A stretch of 64,000 bases of DNA from an uncultured Poribacteria bacterium (GTDB lineage Bacteria; Poribacteria; WGA-4E; WGA-3G). Below are positions 40,213 through 49,945 of this stretch, in pieces. Numbering within the stretch: the stretch's first letter is position 1; each line of letters starts with the position of its first letter. Where the stretch lies: contig OX638351.1 in NCBI GenBank assembly GCA_951813565.1, forward strand, positions 1,888,001-1,952,000, read 5' to 3'. The notes below the pieces were generated by a model. It worked only from the letters and a program-made list of their open reading frames with translations, was not told where the DNA came from and did not search any database. A program made the translations under genes and the position numbers.

Positions 40213-41811
40213 ATGCGATGGTTTGAAACCCGCGGACCCGTGTACCCTGAGGATAACTACGTTGTCGCCCGAACAGAAGAACTCGCGGATTTTGTAGAGC
40301 GATTGGAAAAGGGGAGATACATAGTCCTCTTTGCGCCACGCCAGACCGGTAAAACTACATTTTTCCGAAACGGACTCGATACACTTGAAAATAATGAAGA
40401 CACATATTTCCCAATACAACTTAATTTTGAGGTGTACGTAGACATTGATGCTAATGTCTTCTATGGTTCTTTCTGTAACGAAATTTGTAAAAAAATTAGG
40501 GACGTATACCAAAAACGGAGAGAAAATCTCTCTGAAGAACTCAACCAATTTTTGGTGAGTGCACAGATAACCGATTCTGTTTCAATGTTAGAGTTCTTTG
40601 AAACTCTTGGAAGTTTGTTGGAAAAGCAGCGGTTTGTCATGATTATTGACGAATTTGATGCTATTCCACCACCTGCTTTACGAGGATTTCTACATACACT
40701 CCGTCAAATTTATCTTTCCGAAAAAACCCGATGTCCACATAGTGTCGGCATTGTCGGTGTCAAGAGCATCACACAACTGAATTATGATCGCTCAATATCT
40801 CCATTTAATATCCAAGACGAATTCAAATTGCCCAATTTCACACTTGAGCAGGTGCAGGAACTTCTTTCACAATATACGGACGAAGTTGGACAACCTTTTG
40901 TCTCTGAAGTAATAGTATCTATCCACAAACAAACTGCTGGACAACCAGTGCTTGTCAATCGATTTGCGCAAATTCTTACCGAAGAATTGGACATCCCGAA
41001 AAGCGAACCAATTACAATGGAACACTTTTCAAAAGCACACGTAAAACTCCTTCGCGAACGAAACACCAATATTGCCCATCTGACGACCAATATCCGTAGA
41101 GATCGGCGGTTTGAGGCATTACTCATGAAGATCGCTTCTTACGATGAAGGGGTGGAATTCACCCTGCACAATGAACTCATCAGTGAACTAACGACTTATG
41201 GCGTAATCACCGAAGGTACTGATGGAATGTGTGAAATTGTCAATCCAATTTACCACTATTGCATTATGCAAGCATTCAAACCTGCGGTTAATGGATTAGA
41301 ACAAGATTACTTACCTGAAGAAACCCATGACGGATTTAAGGATTATCTCACATCGGACGGACATATTCAGATGGAGGCACTCCTTGACAACTTCCGAGAC
41401 TTCATTGCACGCGTAGGGTTCAAGATTCTACAAGTGCCAGAAACACCACAAGAATACGTTGGGCAACATCTACTCTTCGCTTATTTGAGTCAGTTTGTTC
41501 AGATTATAGGTGGCACTATGTATCTTGAGGTGCAGATGGGACGTGGCAGATTAGATATTCTAATTCTCCACAACCAACGAAAATACATTGTTGAAACAAA
41601 AATATGGGGTGGAGATACTCGATATCAGTCAGGCAAAGCACAACTTGCCGCGTATGTTAGATTGGAAAAAGCACAAGAGGGGTATTATGCCGTATTTGAT
41701 CATCGGAAAACACCGGAACCACGAGTGGAAACTGAAACATTTGATGGATTAACTATTCGCAGTTACGTGATTCCTGTGGTACAAGAACTTCCTTCATCGA
41801 TTCAACCATAA
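40213..41811 (+). CDS. AAA-like ATPase with C-terminal PD-(D/E)XK nuclease-like domain
   Basis: Walker A APRQTGKT, Walker B IIDEFD, SPFNI; C-terminal GRGRLDIL..IVETK..QLAAY. Confidence 0.8.
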   Translation: MRWFETRGPVYPEDNYVVARTEELADFVERLEKGRYIVLFAPRQTGKTTFFRNGLDTLENNEDTYFPIQLNFEVYVDIDANVFYGSFCNEICKKIRDVYQKRRENLSEELNQFLVSAQITDSVSMLEFFETLGSLLEKQRFVMIIDEFDAIPPPALRGFLHTLRQIYLSEKTRCPHSVGIVGVKSITQLNYDRSISPFNIQDEFKLPNFTLEQVQELLSQYTDEVGQPFVSEVIVSIHKQTAGQPVLVNRFAQILTEELDIPKSEPITMEHFSKAHVKLLRERNTNIAHLTTNIRRDRRFEALLMKIASYDEGVEFTLHNELISELTTYGVITEGTDGMCEIVNPIYHYCIMQAFKPAVNGLEQDYLPEETHDGFKDYLTSDGHIQMEALLDNFRDFIARVGFKILQVPETPQEYVGQHLLFAYLSQFVQIIGGTMYLEVQMGRGRLDILILHNQRKYIVETKIWGGDTRYQSGKAQLAAYVRLEKAQEGYYAVFDHRKTPEPRVETETFDGLTIRSYVIPVVQELPSSIQP

Positions 41812-41818
41812 TCAAAAC

Positions 41819-41847
41819 TTGCAATTACCAATCAAGTATAGTATAAT
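41819..41847 (+). promoter_or_regulatory. Sigma70-type promoter for sucC
   Basis: TTGCAA-17-TATAAT. Confidence 0.65.
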
Positions 41848-41904
41848 CTTTAAACATTTTAACCTTGAAATAGGTTGACAATCTACCTCATACACACATA
41901 AAAA

Positions 41905-43089
41905 ATGAACATACACGAATACCAAGCCAAAGAGATTTTAGAGTCCTTTGGTGTTAGGACACTCCCTGGCAAAGTCGCTGAAACACCAGAAGAAGCGGAA
42001 GCCATCGCGAAAACAATTGATTGCACTAAATACGTTGTCAAAGCACAAATTCACGCAGGTGGGCGCGGAAAGGGTGGCGGCGTTAAACTCGCAAACTCTA
42101 CCGCTGAAGTAAAACAGCTCGCCACGGATATGCTCGGCATGCAACTTGTAACACCTCAGACAGGTCCCGAAGGCAAACTTGTCAGAAAAGTTCTTATTGT
42201 CCAAGCAGCAAAAATACAGAAGGAATTCTACCTCGCCATCTTACTTGACCGGGAAACATCACAACTCACCCTCATAGGTAGTGAAGAAGGTGGTGTCAAC
42301 ATAGAAGAAGTTGCGGCACAAACTCCCGAAAAGATTATCAGAACACAGATTCATCCCGCCTTTGGGTTAACCGAGTTTCAAGCGCGGGAGTTTGCATACA
42401 AACTGATCACTGACACAACCTATCGGCAGCTTATTCCAAGTGCCGTTGAATTGATTACCTGTCTTTACAATGCGTTTGTTGAATGTGATTGTTCACTGAT
42501 AGAAATTAATCCGCTGGCAATTGTAGGTGAGGAAGATAACTTAGAAATCGTAGCACTTGATTCTAAGGTCAACTTTGACGACAACTCCCTTTGGCGAAAT
42601 CCCGATATTGCTGCGATGCGTGATCCGCATGAAGAAGACCCCAGTGAATTAGAGGCGAGCGAATCTGGCTTAAGTTACATCCGTCTTGATGGTAATATCG
42701 GTTGCATGGTAAACGGCGCGGGATTGGCAATGGCAACGATGGACATAATCAAACAGAAAGGCGGCGAACCTGCAAACTTCCTTGATGTTGGGGGAGGTGC
42801 ATCTGTTGAGGCTGTCGCACATGCCTTCCGTCTTATCCTTGCAGACGAAAACGTGAAAGCTGTTCTTGTGAATATTTTCGGCGGCATCATGAAATGTGAC
42901 ACCATCGCCACCGGTATTGTTGAGGCAGCAAAGCAGGTCAAACTCAACGTCCCACTTGTGGTCAGATTAGAAGGTACAAACGTGGAACTGGGAAAACAAA
43001 TTATTGCCGAATCTGACTTGAACCTTCAACTTGCAGAGGGGCTTTCTGAAGCGACGGAACTTGCTGTGACCGCAGCAAATGCCGCATAG
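41905..43089 (+). CDS. sucC: Succinyl-CoA synthetase beta subunit
   Basis: [47 protein letters not shown]. Confidence 0.97.
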   Translation: MNIHEYQAKEILESFGVRTLPGKVAETPEEAEAIAKTIDCTKYVVKAQIHAGGRGKGGGVKLANSTAEVKQLATDMLGMQLVTPQTGPEGKLVRKVLIVQAAKIQKEFYLAILLDRETSQLTLIGSEEGGVNIEEVAAQTPEKIIRTQIHPAFGLTEFQAREFAYKLITDTTYRQLIPSAVELITCLYNAFVECDCSLIEINPLAIVGEEDNLEIVALDSKVNFDDNSLWRNPDIAAMRDPHEEDPSELEASESGLSYIRLDGNIGCMVNGAGLAMATMDIIKQKGGEPANFLDVGGGASVEAVAHAFRLILADENVKAVLVNIFGGIMKCDTIATGIVEAAKQVKLNVPLVVRLEGTNVELGKQIIAESDLNLQLAEGLSEATELAVTAANAA

Positions 43090-44083
43090 AGGACTTTTGA
43101 ACGAGCGAAGTGAAAAACAAGCCGCATCTGACGAGTTAATCTTACCACATCAACAATTTGACATTGTGGCAAAAGACCCGTTTTGTAACTTTCCGGAGGA
43201 TATGTTCCAATTTCTAATGGATGGGAATGATTTTGAGTTTATTGAGCATGTAGACAGCAATTTAACCACTGTTGAAGTTCGCCACATGGACATCCTGATA
43301 AAGGTGCTAAGGGATGAAAAACCTGTTTTAGTACATTGTGAAATCCAGACAGACGATAGCACACATCCAAACATGGTTCAGCGGAATGTAGGCTATCTCG
43401 GCAGGTGTTTTGAAAAATATGGGTTACCGATCTATTCTTACGTGCTTTACCTTCGGTCAACTGCGGGTGTTAGAGACCCAGGCGGATATTTTCAAGATGT
43501 GCCAGGACATCGCTTCATTGTTGAATATCAAGTAATTCGGTTAAACGAGATTGACGGTGAGGAAATTCTTCAGACACAGCAGCCAGGACTGATGCCATTT
43601 ACACCTTTGATGAAACCACCTGTCAATATGTCAAGCGTTGAGTGGACGACACATTGCGTAGAAGTAACGCAGTCATTGTCCGTGGATACAGCGGCACGGA
43701 ATAATTTACTGGTAGAACTATGGGTAATGAGTGGTTTAAGGCATGAACGTCAAAACCTATTAACAATATTATCGGAGGACATTGTGAAAGAATCGTCAGT
43801 TTATGAAATGATTATTGAACGTGGTATGGAACGCGGTATTGAGCAAGGTAAGCAGCTAGGCATTGAACAAGGTAAGCAGCTAGGGGCCAAAACAAAAACT
43901 ATTGAATTTATCACGGATTTACTTGACAAGCGTTTTGAGATGAGTACTGCCGAAATCTTAACGCCTTTGCTTCAACCGATTGACGATTTAGAACAGCTCA
44001 GACAGTTGTTTCATGAAGCATTAGAAGTGGAACATTTAGAAGATTTTATCCGGTCAGCACAAACGGCTCAAAATGGAACATAG
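43079..44083 (+). CDS. Rpn/YhgA-like PD-(D/E)XK protein (putative recombination-promoting nuclease); start uncertain
   Basis: [25 protein letters not shown]-terminal ERG/EQG repeats. Confidence 0.75.
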   Translation: MPHRGLLNERSEKQAASDELILPHQQFDIVAKDPFCNFPEDMFQFLMDGNDFEFIEHVDSNLTTVEVRHMDILIKVLRDEKPVLVHCEIQTDDSTHPNMVQRNVGYLGRCFEKYGLPIYSYVLYLRSTAGVRDPGGYFQDVPGHRFIVEYQVIRLNEIDGEEILQTQQPGLMPFTPLMKPPVNMSSVEWTTHCVEVTQSLSVDTAARNNLLVELWVMSGLRHERQNLLTILSEDIVKESSVYEMIIERGMERGIEQGKQLGIEQGKQLGAKTKTIEFITDLLDKRFEMSTAEILTPLLQPIDDLEQLRQLFHEALEVEHLEDFIRSAQTAQNGT

Positions 44084-44148
44084 TGGGTATTGAAGAATCG
44101 CTAACGGAGTCATTAGCGGTATAACGTATATCGCATAGAAAAGAAAAA

Positions 44149-45339
44149 ATGGCAAAACTTGAATTAGCAGATATAGACATTACTGGAAAACGGGTTCTCG
44201 TGCGTGTGGACTTTAACGTCCCCTTGAAAGATGGAAAAATCACGGACGAAACCCGTATTACTGCTGCTCTGCCCACCCTTTTAGACCTTATCCATCGGAA
44301 TGCGAAAATCATCCTTGTTACACATTTAGGCAGACCAACAGTAGGATCATCCACAGATCGCGAAGAACTTTCTACTGCGCCAATTGCTATTGCACTTAGT
44401 CAAAAACTGGGAAAACGTATTACACATGTTCAAGATTGCATCGGTGAAGATGTTCAAAGTGCTGTTGAGTCGTTGGAAGGTGGTGAAATCCTACTCCTTG
44501 AGAACGTTCGGTTTTATGCAGAAGAAACAGACAACGACCCCGAGTTTGCAAAGCAACTTGCCTCACTCGCGGATATCTATGTTAACGATGCTTTCGGCAC
44601 AGCACACCGCGCGCATGCATCAACAGAAGGCGTGACGCATTACTTGACACCGTGCGTTGTAGGCTTACTCATGGCACGCGAGATACACTACCTCAGCATG
44701 AGTCTTGAAAACCCTGCCCGTCCTTATGTAGCGATCCTTGGTGGTGCGAAGATATCTGATAAAATAACACTAATTGAGAATCTATTGGGAAAAGTTGACA
44801 GTCTGTTAATCGGCGGTGGTATGGCTTATACGTTTCTTGCTGCGATGGGAGTTTCTATCGGCAACTCACTCGTTGAAAAAGAAAAACTTGATGTAGCTGC
44901 ATTCCTAATAAAGAAAAAAGGGTTTGCAGATACCGTTCTCCTACCAGTTGATCATATTGCAGGACAAACGTTTGACCCTGAAACCGAATCTCAGATTGTA
45001 GATGAAGTGGCTGTCCCTGACGGATGGCAAGGATTAGACATCGGCCCCAAAACTGTTGCCGTGTTTAGTGAACGAATTGCCTCCGCAAAAACAGTTGTAT
45101 GGAACGGTCCTTTAGGTGTCTATGAGTTCAAAAAATTTGCCCAAGGCACAATCTCGGTTGCTAAAAAGATCGCTGCTTCCGAAGCGGTAAGTATCATCGG
45201 CGGCGGTGATTGCGTTGCAGCAATTCAACAAGCAGGTGTCGCTGATCGGATTACACATGTTTCCACCGGTGGTGGCGCATCATTGGAGTTTTTAGAGGGA
45301 AAACCTTTGCCGGGAATTACGGCATTAACTGACAAATAA
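44149..45339 (+). CDS. pgk: Phosphoglycerate kinase
   Basis: RVDFNVP, HLGRP, NDAFGTAHRAHAS, GGAKISDK, STGGGASLE. Confidence 0.97.
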   Translation: MAKLELADIDITGKRVLVRVDFNVPLKDGKITDETRITAALPTLLDLIHRNAKIILVTHLGRPTVGSSTDREELSTAPIAIALSQKLGKRITHVQDCIGEDVQSAVESLEGGEILLLENVRFYAEETDNDPEFAKQLASLADIYVNDAFGTAHRAHASTEGVTHYLTPCVVGLLMAREIHYLSMSLENPARPYVAILGGAKISDKITLIENLLGKVDSLLIGGGMAYTFLAAMGVSIGNSLVEKEKLDVAAFLIKKKGFADTVLLPVDHIAGQTFDPETESQIVDEVAVPDGWQGLDIGPKTVAVFSERIASAKTVVWNGPLGVYEFKKFAQGTISVAKKIAASEAVSIIGGGDCVAAIQQAGVADRITHVSTGGGASLEFLEGKPLPGITALTDK

Positions 45340-45357
45340 TCAAAGCGAAACTAAAAT

Positions 45358-46794
45358 ATGTTTGATAAAATTACGCCTCGTAGTGAAGACTACTCAAAAT
45401 GGTATACACAAGTCATCCGCCAAGCAGAGATGGCAGATTACGCCCCCGTGCGTGGGTGCATGGTAGTGCGTCCTTACGGTTATGCGCTCTGGGAAAACGT
45501 CAAAGAACAACTGGATATCCGCTTCAAAGCGACAGGACACCAAAACGCCGCTTTCCCGCTTTTCATTCCGATGAGTTTCATTGAGAAAGAAGCAGAGCAT
45601 GTAGAGGGTTTCAAACCTGAACTCGCTGTTGTTACCCACGGTGGCGGCAAAAAGTTGGAAGAGCCGCTTGTTGTACGTCCGACATCCGAAACCATCATCG
45701 GCTATATGTATAGTCAGTGGATACAATCTTACCGAGACTTGCCCGTGCTTATCAATCAATGGGCAAATGTGGTGCGATGGGAATTGCGTCCCCGCCTTTT
45801 CCTCCGAACGATGGAATTTTTCTGGCAAGAGGGACATACTGCACATGCCACGCATGAGGAAGCAATGGAGGAAACACTTCGCATCCTTGACATTTATACC
45901 GATTTTGCTGTTAACGAAGCAGCAATACCGGTCATTCCCGGTCGTAAAAGTGATAGTGAAAAGTTTCCCGGTGCCTTAACCTCCTACACCATTGAGGCAA
46001 TGATGGGTGATAAACGCGCGCTCCAAGCAGGCACATCACACGATCTCGGACAGAACTTTGCCAAAGTCTTTGATATACAATATCTGGATGCGAATCAGAA
46101 ACAACAGCACTGCTGGACAACCAGTTGGGGTGTTAGCACCCGAATGATTGGCGCGATTATTATGACACACGGGGACGACCAAGGCTTGGTTCTACCCCCA
46201 CGACTTGCTCCCACGCAACTTGTTATCGTACCTATTATTCCGAAAAACAAGGATGAAGTGAAACAGGTCGTCACACAAACCGTTGAAACTATCTGTGAGA
46301 CGTTAGGCGATATCCGATACCATGTTGATGACCGATATGAGTATTCTCCGGGTTGGCGATTCAACGAATGGGAACTTAAAGGTGTGCCATTGCGGATAGA
46401 GATTGGTCCACGCGACATTGAAAATGAACAGGTTGTTTTTGCCAGACGAGATATTCCCGGTAAAGAAGGCAAAACATTTGTCCCGATTGCCAATGTTGCT
46501 GAGACAGCAACGCAGCTGCTTGACACAATTCAGGCGGATATGCTCAGGCGTGCAACAGAATTCCGAGATGCAAACACCTTTGAACCAACAGATTACGGTG
46601 AATTTAAAGAGATTGCTGAAAACGGGTTTGCACGTGCATGGTGGTGTGGAAACGCTGAATGTGAAGATAAGGTCAAAGAAGATACACAAGCGACTATCCG
46701 ATGCATCCCGATGGAGCAACCTGGCGGAGATGGTGCGTGTATTGTCTGCAGCACGTCAGCGAAAGAGATCACAATTTTTGCACGCGCATACTAA
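45358..46794 (+). CDS. proS: Prolyl-tRNA synthetase, archaeal/eukaryotic-like type
   Basis: VRPTSET, NQWANVVRWE, FWQEGHT, SWGVSTR, C-terminal C..C and FARAY. Confidence 0.95.
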   Translation: MFDKITPRSEDYSKWYTQVIRQAEMADYAPVRGCMVVRPYGYALWENVKEQLDIRFKATGHQNAAFPLFIPMSFIEKEAEHVEGFKPELAVVTHGGGKKLEEPLVVRPTSETIIGYMYSQWIQSYRDLPVLINQWANVVRWELRPRLFLRTMEFFWQEGHTAHATHEEAMEETLRILDIYTDFAVNEAAIPVIPGRKSDSEKFPGALTSYTIEAMMGDKRALQAGTSHDLGQNFAKVFDIQYLDANQKQQHCWTTSWGVSTRMIGAIIMTHGDDQGLVLPPRLAPTQLVIVPIIPKNKDEVKQVVTQTVETICETLGDIRYHVDDRYEYSPGWRFNEWELKGVPLRIEIGPRDIENEQVVFARRDIPGKEGKTFVPIANVAETATQLLDTIQADMLRRATEFRDANTFEPTDYGEFKEIAENGFARAWWCGNAECEDKVKEDTQATIRCIPMEQPGGDGACIVCSTSAKEITIFARAY

Positions 46795-46850
46795 CATAAC
46801 CCAAGTTTCCACCTAAAAAATTATAAACGAATCTTATTGGAAAAAAATAA

Positions 46851-47504
46851 ATGAAATACGTTATCTGTGCAACACCCCGCACACGCAGCACCGTTTTATG
46901 TGACTTGTTGGTTTCATCTGATGTAGCAGGGTATCCGAGAGAATACCACGAAGGACACGAATCGCTAAAAGGCTTGGACATAACCGATCCAGCAACATAT
47001 CAAAAATACGTATCCGTTTCCACTTCACCGAATGGGGTTTGTGGTATACAGGTCATGTCCACAGAAAAGCATATCGTTGAAAAGTTTATAGATTTTAAAA
47101 ACGTAAAATGCATCTGGCTCCGCAGAGAGAACAAAATAAAACAAGCCATCTCCCTTTTGAAAGCGCACAAACGCAATTGCTTTTACCAGACAGATAAAAC
47201 CCGGAAAAATGACGATCTCAATCAAATCAAAATTACGCGTGATGAGATCGCATACAGCACATTTGAATTGACTGCACAGGATATGTCGTGGGGATATTAT
47301 TTTGAAGAAAACAAGATTATTCCCCTAATAATTTGGTATAAAGACTTAGAAACAGAAACACAGCAGAAAGAGACCCTCAAGAAAGTCTTAGATTTTCTTG
47401 ATATCTCCGACACGCCGAGTGAACCTAAAGTTTGGGTTACACGTCAGGATGCTAAATGGGATGAGGACTTATATAAGCAAATTGTGGATTCCTATCGGCT
47501 ATGA
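46851..47504 (+). CDS. Stf0-family sulfotransferase
   Basis: YVICATPRTRSTVLC..L..GYPREY; WLRRENKIKQAIS. Confidence 0.75.
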   Translation: MKYVICATPRTRSTVLCDLLVSSDVAGYPREYHEGHESLKGLDITDPATYQKYVSVSTSPNGVCGIQVMSTEKHIVEKFIDFKNVKCIWLRRENKIKQAISLLKAHKRNCFYQTDKTRKNDDLNQIKITRDEIAYSTFELTAQDMSWGYYFEENKIIPLIIWYKDLETETQQKETLKKVLDFLDISDTPSEPKVWVTRQDAKWDEDLYKQIVDSYRL

Positions 47505-47645
47505 ATCACTATTTAATCCAAGTTGCTACCCTCGCTGATGGGTGGAGTTGATTTGGCAGAATACCATACGCGTATTCTATATGATAGAATTAGTCAATGT
47601 CCAAACATAGTCTAAATAAGGCAGGGCTATACTTATTGCCTTCCT

Positions 47646-48083
47646 TTATGGTGTAATATTCAGATTTATTTCTTTATGCCTTCTATAGAATTCTATGAAG
47701 TTTTTATCAAAGTTTATATCAATATTGTAGTTCATGAGAATATCAAGTCCGATAACTCCATCTATAAACATGTTATCAAAATGTTCATTACATAGAACTT
47801 TATGATCTCTATATTTTGATCCAGCAAAATCAATCTGTTTAACTGTAATTATCGATAATGGTTGTGTTCCGCCAGCAGTATCAAAATCTTGGGGGATACC
47901 ATGTTGTAGTAGGTCATATCCTAATTCTATTGCTAAATTTTCGCTAATTCCACTTATTGTTGCACCAGTATCCAAAACAAGTTTTATGTCTCTATAATTA
48001 GAATCAGGAATTCCATGTATCTTACATCTAATCGTGATCTGCCCATTTCTAAATTCTATACGTGTTTTGTAATCAGGGACCAA
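47646..48083 (-). CDS. Retropepsin-like aspartic protease
   Basis: LVLDTGATIS and DGVIGLDIL. Confidence 0.85.
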   Translation of the reverse strand: MVPDYKTRIEFRNGQITIRCKIHGIPDSNYRDIKLVLDTGATISGISENLAIELGYDLLQHGIPQDFDTAGGTQPLSIITVKQIDFAGSKYRDHKVLCNEHFDNMFIDGVIGLDILMNYNIDINFDKNFIEFYRRHKEINLNITP

Positions 48084-48100
48084 AATAATGTCCTTCTTTA

Positions 48101-48149
48101 AAGCAAACCCTTATTGCACTCTTTATGTTGCAACAAGGGTTTGTGCTTG
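48101..48149. terminator. Stable hairpin between the two AT-rich minus-strand genes
   Basis: AAACCCTTATTGCA...TGCAACAAGGGTTT. Confidence 0.5.
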
Positions 48150-48151
48150 AA

Positions 48152-48418
48152 TTATTTAGAGTTCTTCGGTTTATATGAAGTTATCCTATGTATCCGTTTA
48201 TATTTTGGATTTGTCCATTCACCTGTGAACCTTATAGCTGCACCACCAATAAATTCTTTTGAAACTTTATGAATATCATCACGTGACGGACTATGGACTT
48301 GAACGATACCAGATATAAGTTCATCCGTTTCCTCACAGATAGCAGGTTCAATGATGAACAACCATTGGTTAGGATATTTCTCTACCATTTCCTGTGTTGT
48401 CAAACGCTCACGTGCCAT
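48152..48418 (-). CDS. Small hypothetical protein (DUF5678-like) upstream of the aspartic protease
   Basis: EKYPNQWLFI..GIVQVHSPSRDDI..RFTG. Confidence 0.6.
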   Translation of the reverse strand: MARERLTTQEMVEKYPNQWLFIIEPAICEETDELISGIVQVHSPSRDDIHKVSKEFIGGAAIRFTGEWTNPKYKRIHRITSYKPKNSK

Positions 48419-48621
48419 TTTACTGAGTCTCCTATTGTGAGTTTTGTGATTATTTTTTGTCCGATTATGGACAATAGTGTTACACTTTAATATTATGTCT
48501 TATTCTGTCCGTAGAGTCAAACCTTTTTCGGGAATGCACCGTGCTTGCATTTCTTGTCTTGTTATGGTAAACTCCGTTATTGAAGACATCAATAGGTCCG
48601 GTTTTATTTGGAGAATTACAA

Positions 48622-48846
48622 ATGCCAGTAAATTGGAGAAATTACATTGTTAGCACGCCAGAAATATTACCAGGTAAACCGCTTATTAAAGCCACGAGGA
48701 TTCCTGTCCGTCTCATTCTTGGTTACTTTGCTGCGGGGTGGACCACAGACGACATCATTGTCGAATTTCCCGATCTCAAAAAAACGCAGATTCATGCTTG
48801 CCTTGATTATGCGCGCGACTTAGCAGAATTTGAGGAAGTTGCATAA
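48622..48846 (+). CDS. DUF433 domain antitoxin-like protein
   Basis: IVSTPEILPGKPLIKATRIPV..I..EFPDL..IHACLDYA. Confidence 0.88.
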   Translation: MPVNWRNYIVSTPEILPGKPLIKATRIPVRLILGYFAAGWTTDDIIVEFPDLKKTQIHACLDYARDLAEFEEVA

Positions 48847-48958
48847 TGGAATTGCGGTTTTATTTGCCGAGCAGTGTATGCCTACTATTGTGACTGAATC
48901 CCTGTGCAGTACTGGATATGAAGTAATGCCACTAAAAAATTTAGGTTGTTTCTCATGA
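48846..48958 (+). pseudogene. Truncated, frameshifted DUF5615 (PIN-like) toxin remnant
   Basis: TAATG coupling to DUF433; MELR/LFAEQCMPTIVTESLCSTGYEVMPL resembles the DUF5615 N-terminus as recalled. Confidence 0.55.
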
Positions 48959-49338
48959 ACAATATAAAGTATTTAGGCAAAGTAGTGCTGATTTTTTTAG
49001 GTGTAGTTTGGTTAGGATACTCTTTTAGTGGGTGCTCACATAATACTCCTTTACTGTTCGCAATGTTGATATTGCTGTGTATAAATACAGTGCTTCTGGC
49101 AGCTTGTTTAACAATCTTACTCATCAATATACTTAAAAAATGATGAACTATAAAGAGTATCCTCTTAATTATCAAGTGTATTGCTGTACTGACGCTGTAG
49201 TGTGATTCTTATGTTAGGGAATCATATCTCTACAGAATGAACGTTCAGAACTGAACCGTATTTTTCACATGATAACCAAATTGAAAGAGCAAAGCGTGTT
49301 AGACTAAAAATCATAAACGAATAAATCGGAGGAATTAA

Positions 49339-49812
49339 ATGAATTTCAAACAAAAATTAGTATATATGTTCATCGGATGTCTATTCACATTAGCAGGTTA
49401 TTTCCTTGCTACATTGGGTTCAGGAGGGTTCGCCCCACAAAATGCGTCCGCACAAGCAGGAGACAAACAGATAATTGATGAGATCGTCTGTAGAGGGTTG
49501 TCGATTGTCAATGCGGAAAATAAAATTATCGTTCGCTTGGTTGCAGATGCTGAGGACGAGGGAGGCATGATATCCATTTCCAATAAAGTAGGTTTTCCCG
49601 TTGCCACCTTGAGTGTTATTGAAGAAGGTGGTTCCCTAAGTATCGCTAATAGAGTAGGTCAAGCCGTTGCTGCCTTGATTGCTGAGGATGAAGGTGGCAG
49701 CCTGAATATATTTGGTAGTAATAGGAATAAAAGTGGTGCTCGCTTAAGTGCTAACAAAAATGGCGGCGTTCTAACTGTCAGGTATAAGGGAAGATCGAAA
49801 AGTTTTTATTAA
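49339..49812 (+). CDS. Hypothetical exported protein with short beta-strand repeats
   Basis: GGAGG RBS; hydrophobic N-terminus; repeated EGGxLxIxN..G..VA units. Confidence 0.7.
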   Translation: MNFKQKLVYMFIGCLFTLAGYFLATLGSGGFAPQNASAQAGDKQIIDEIVCRGLSIVNAENKIIVRLVADAEDEGGMISISNKVGFPVATLSVIEEGGSLSIANRVGQAVAALIAEDEGGSLNIFGSNRNKSGARLSANKNGGVLTVRYKGRSKSFY

Positions 49813-49945
49813 CCAATTAAAAAATGAAAACTGAACACACCCGTGATCTACAATCCAGAAACGTGGGATTCCCAAATACGATCTCACCTACAACACGTCC
49901 TACATATAATGACAAAAACTTTACACACCCTGAGAAGAACTTAAC

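Noticed and set aside
43818..43886. Tandem 12/24-bp repeats
   Set aside because: Ordinary ERG/EQG coding repeats of Rpn-family C-termini
45358..46794. Archaeal/eukaryotic-type ProRS as a novelty
   Set aside because: This type is well known in many bacterial phyla
48885..49175. Two overlapping short hydrophobic ORFs
   Set aside because: No recognisable motif; cannot tell which, if either, is real
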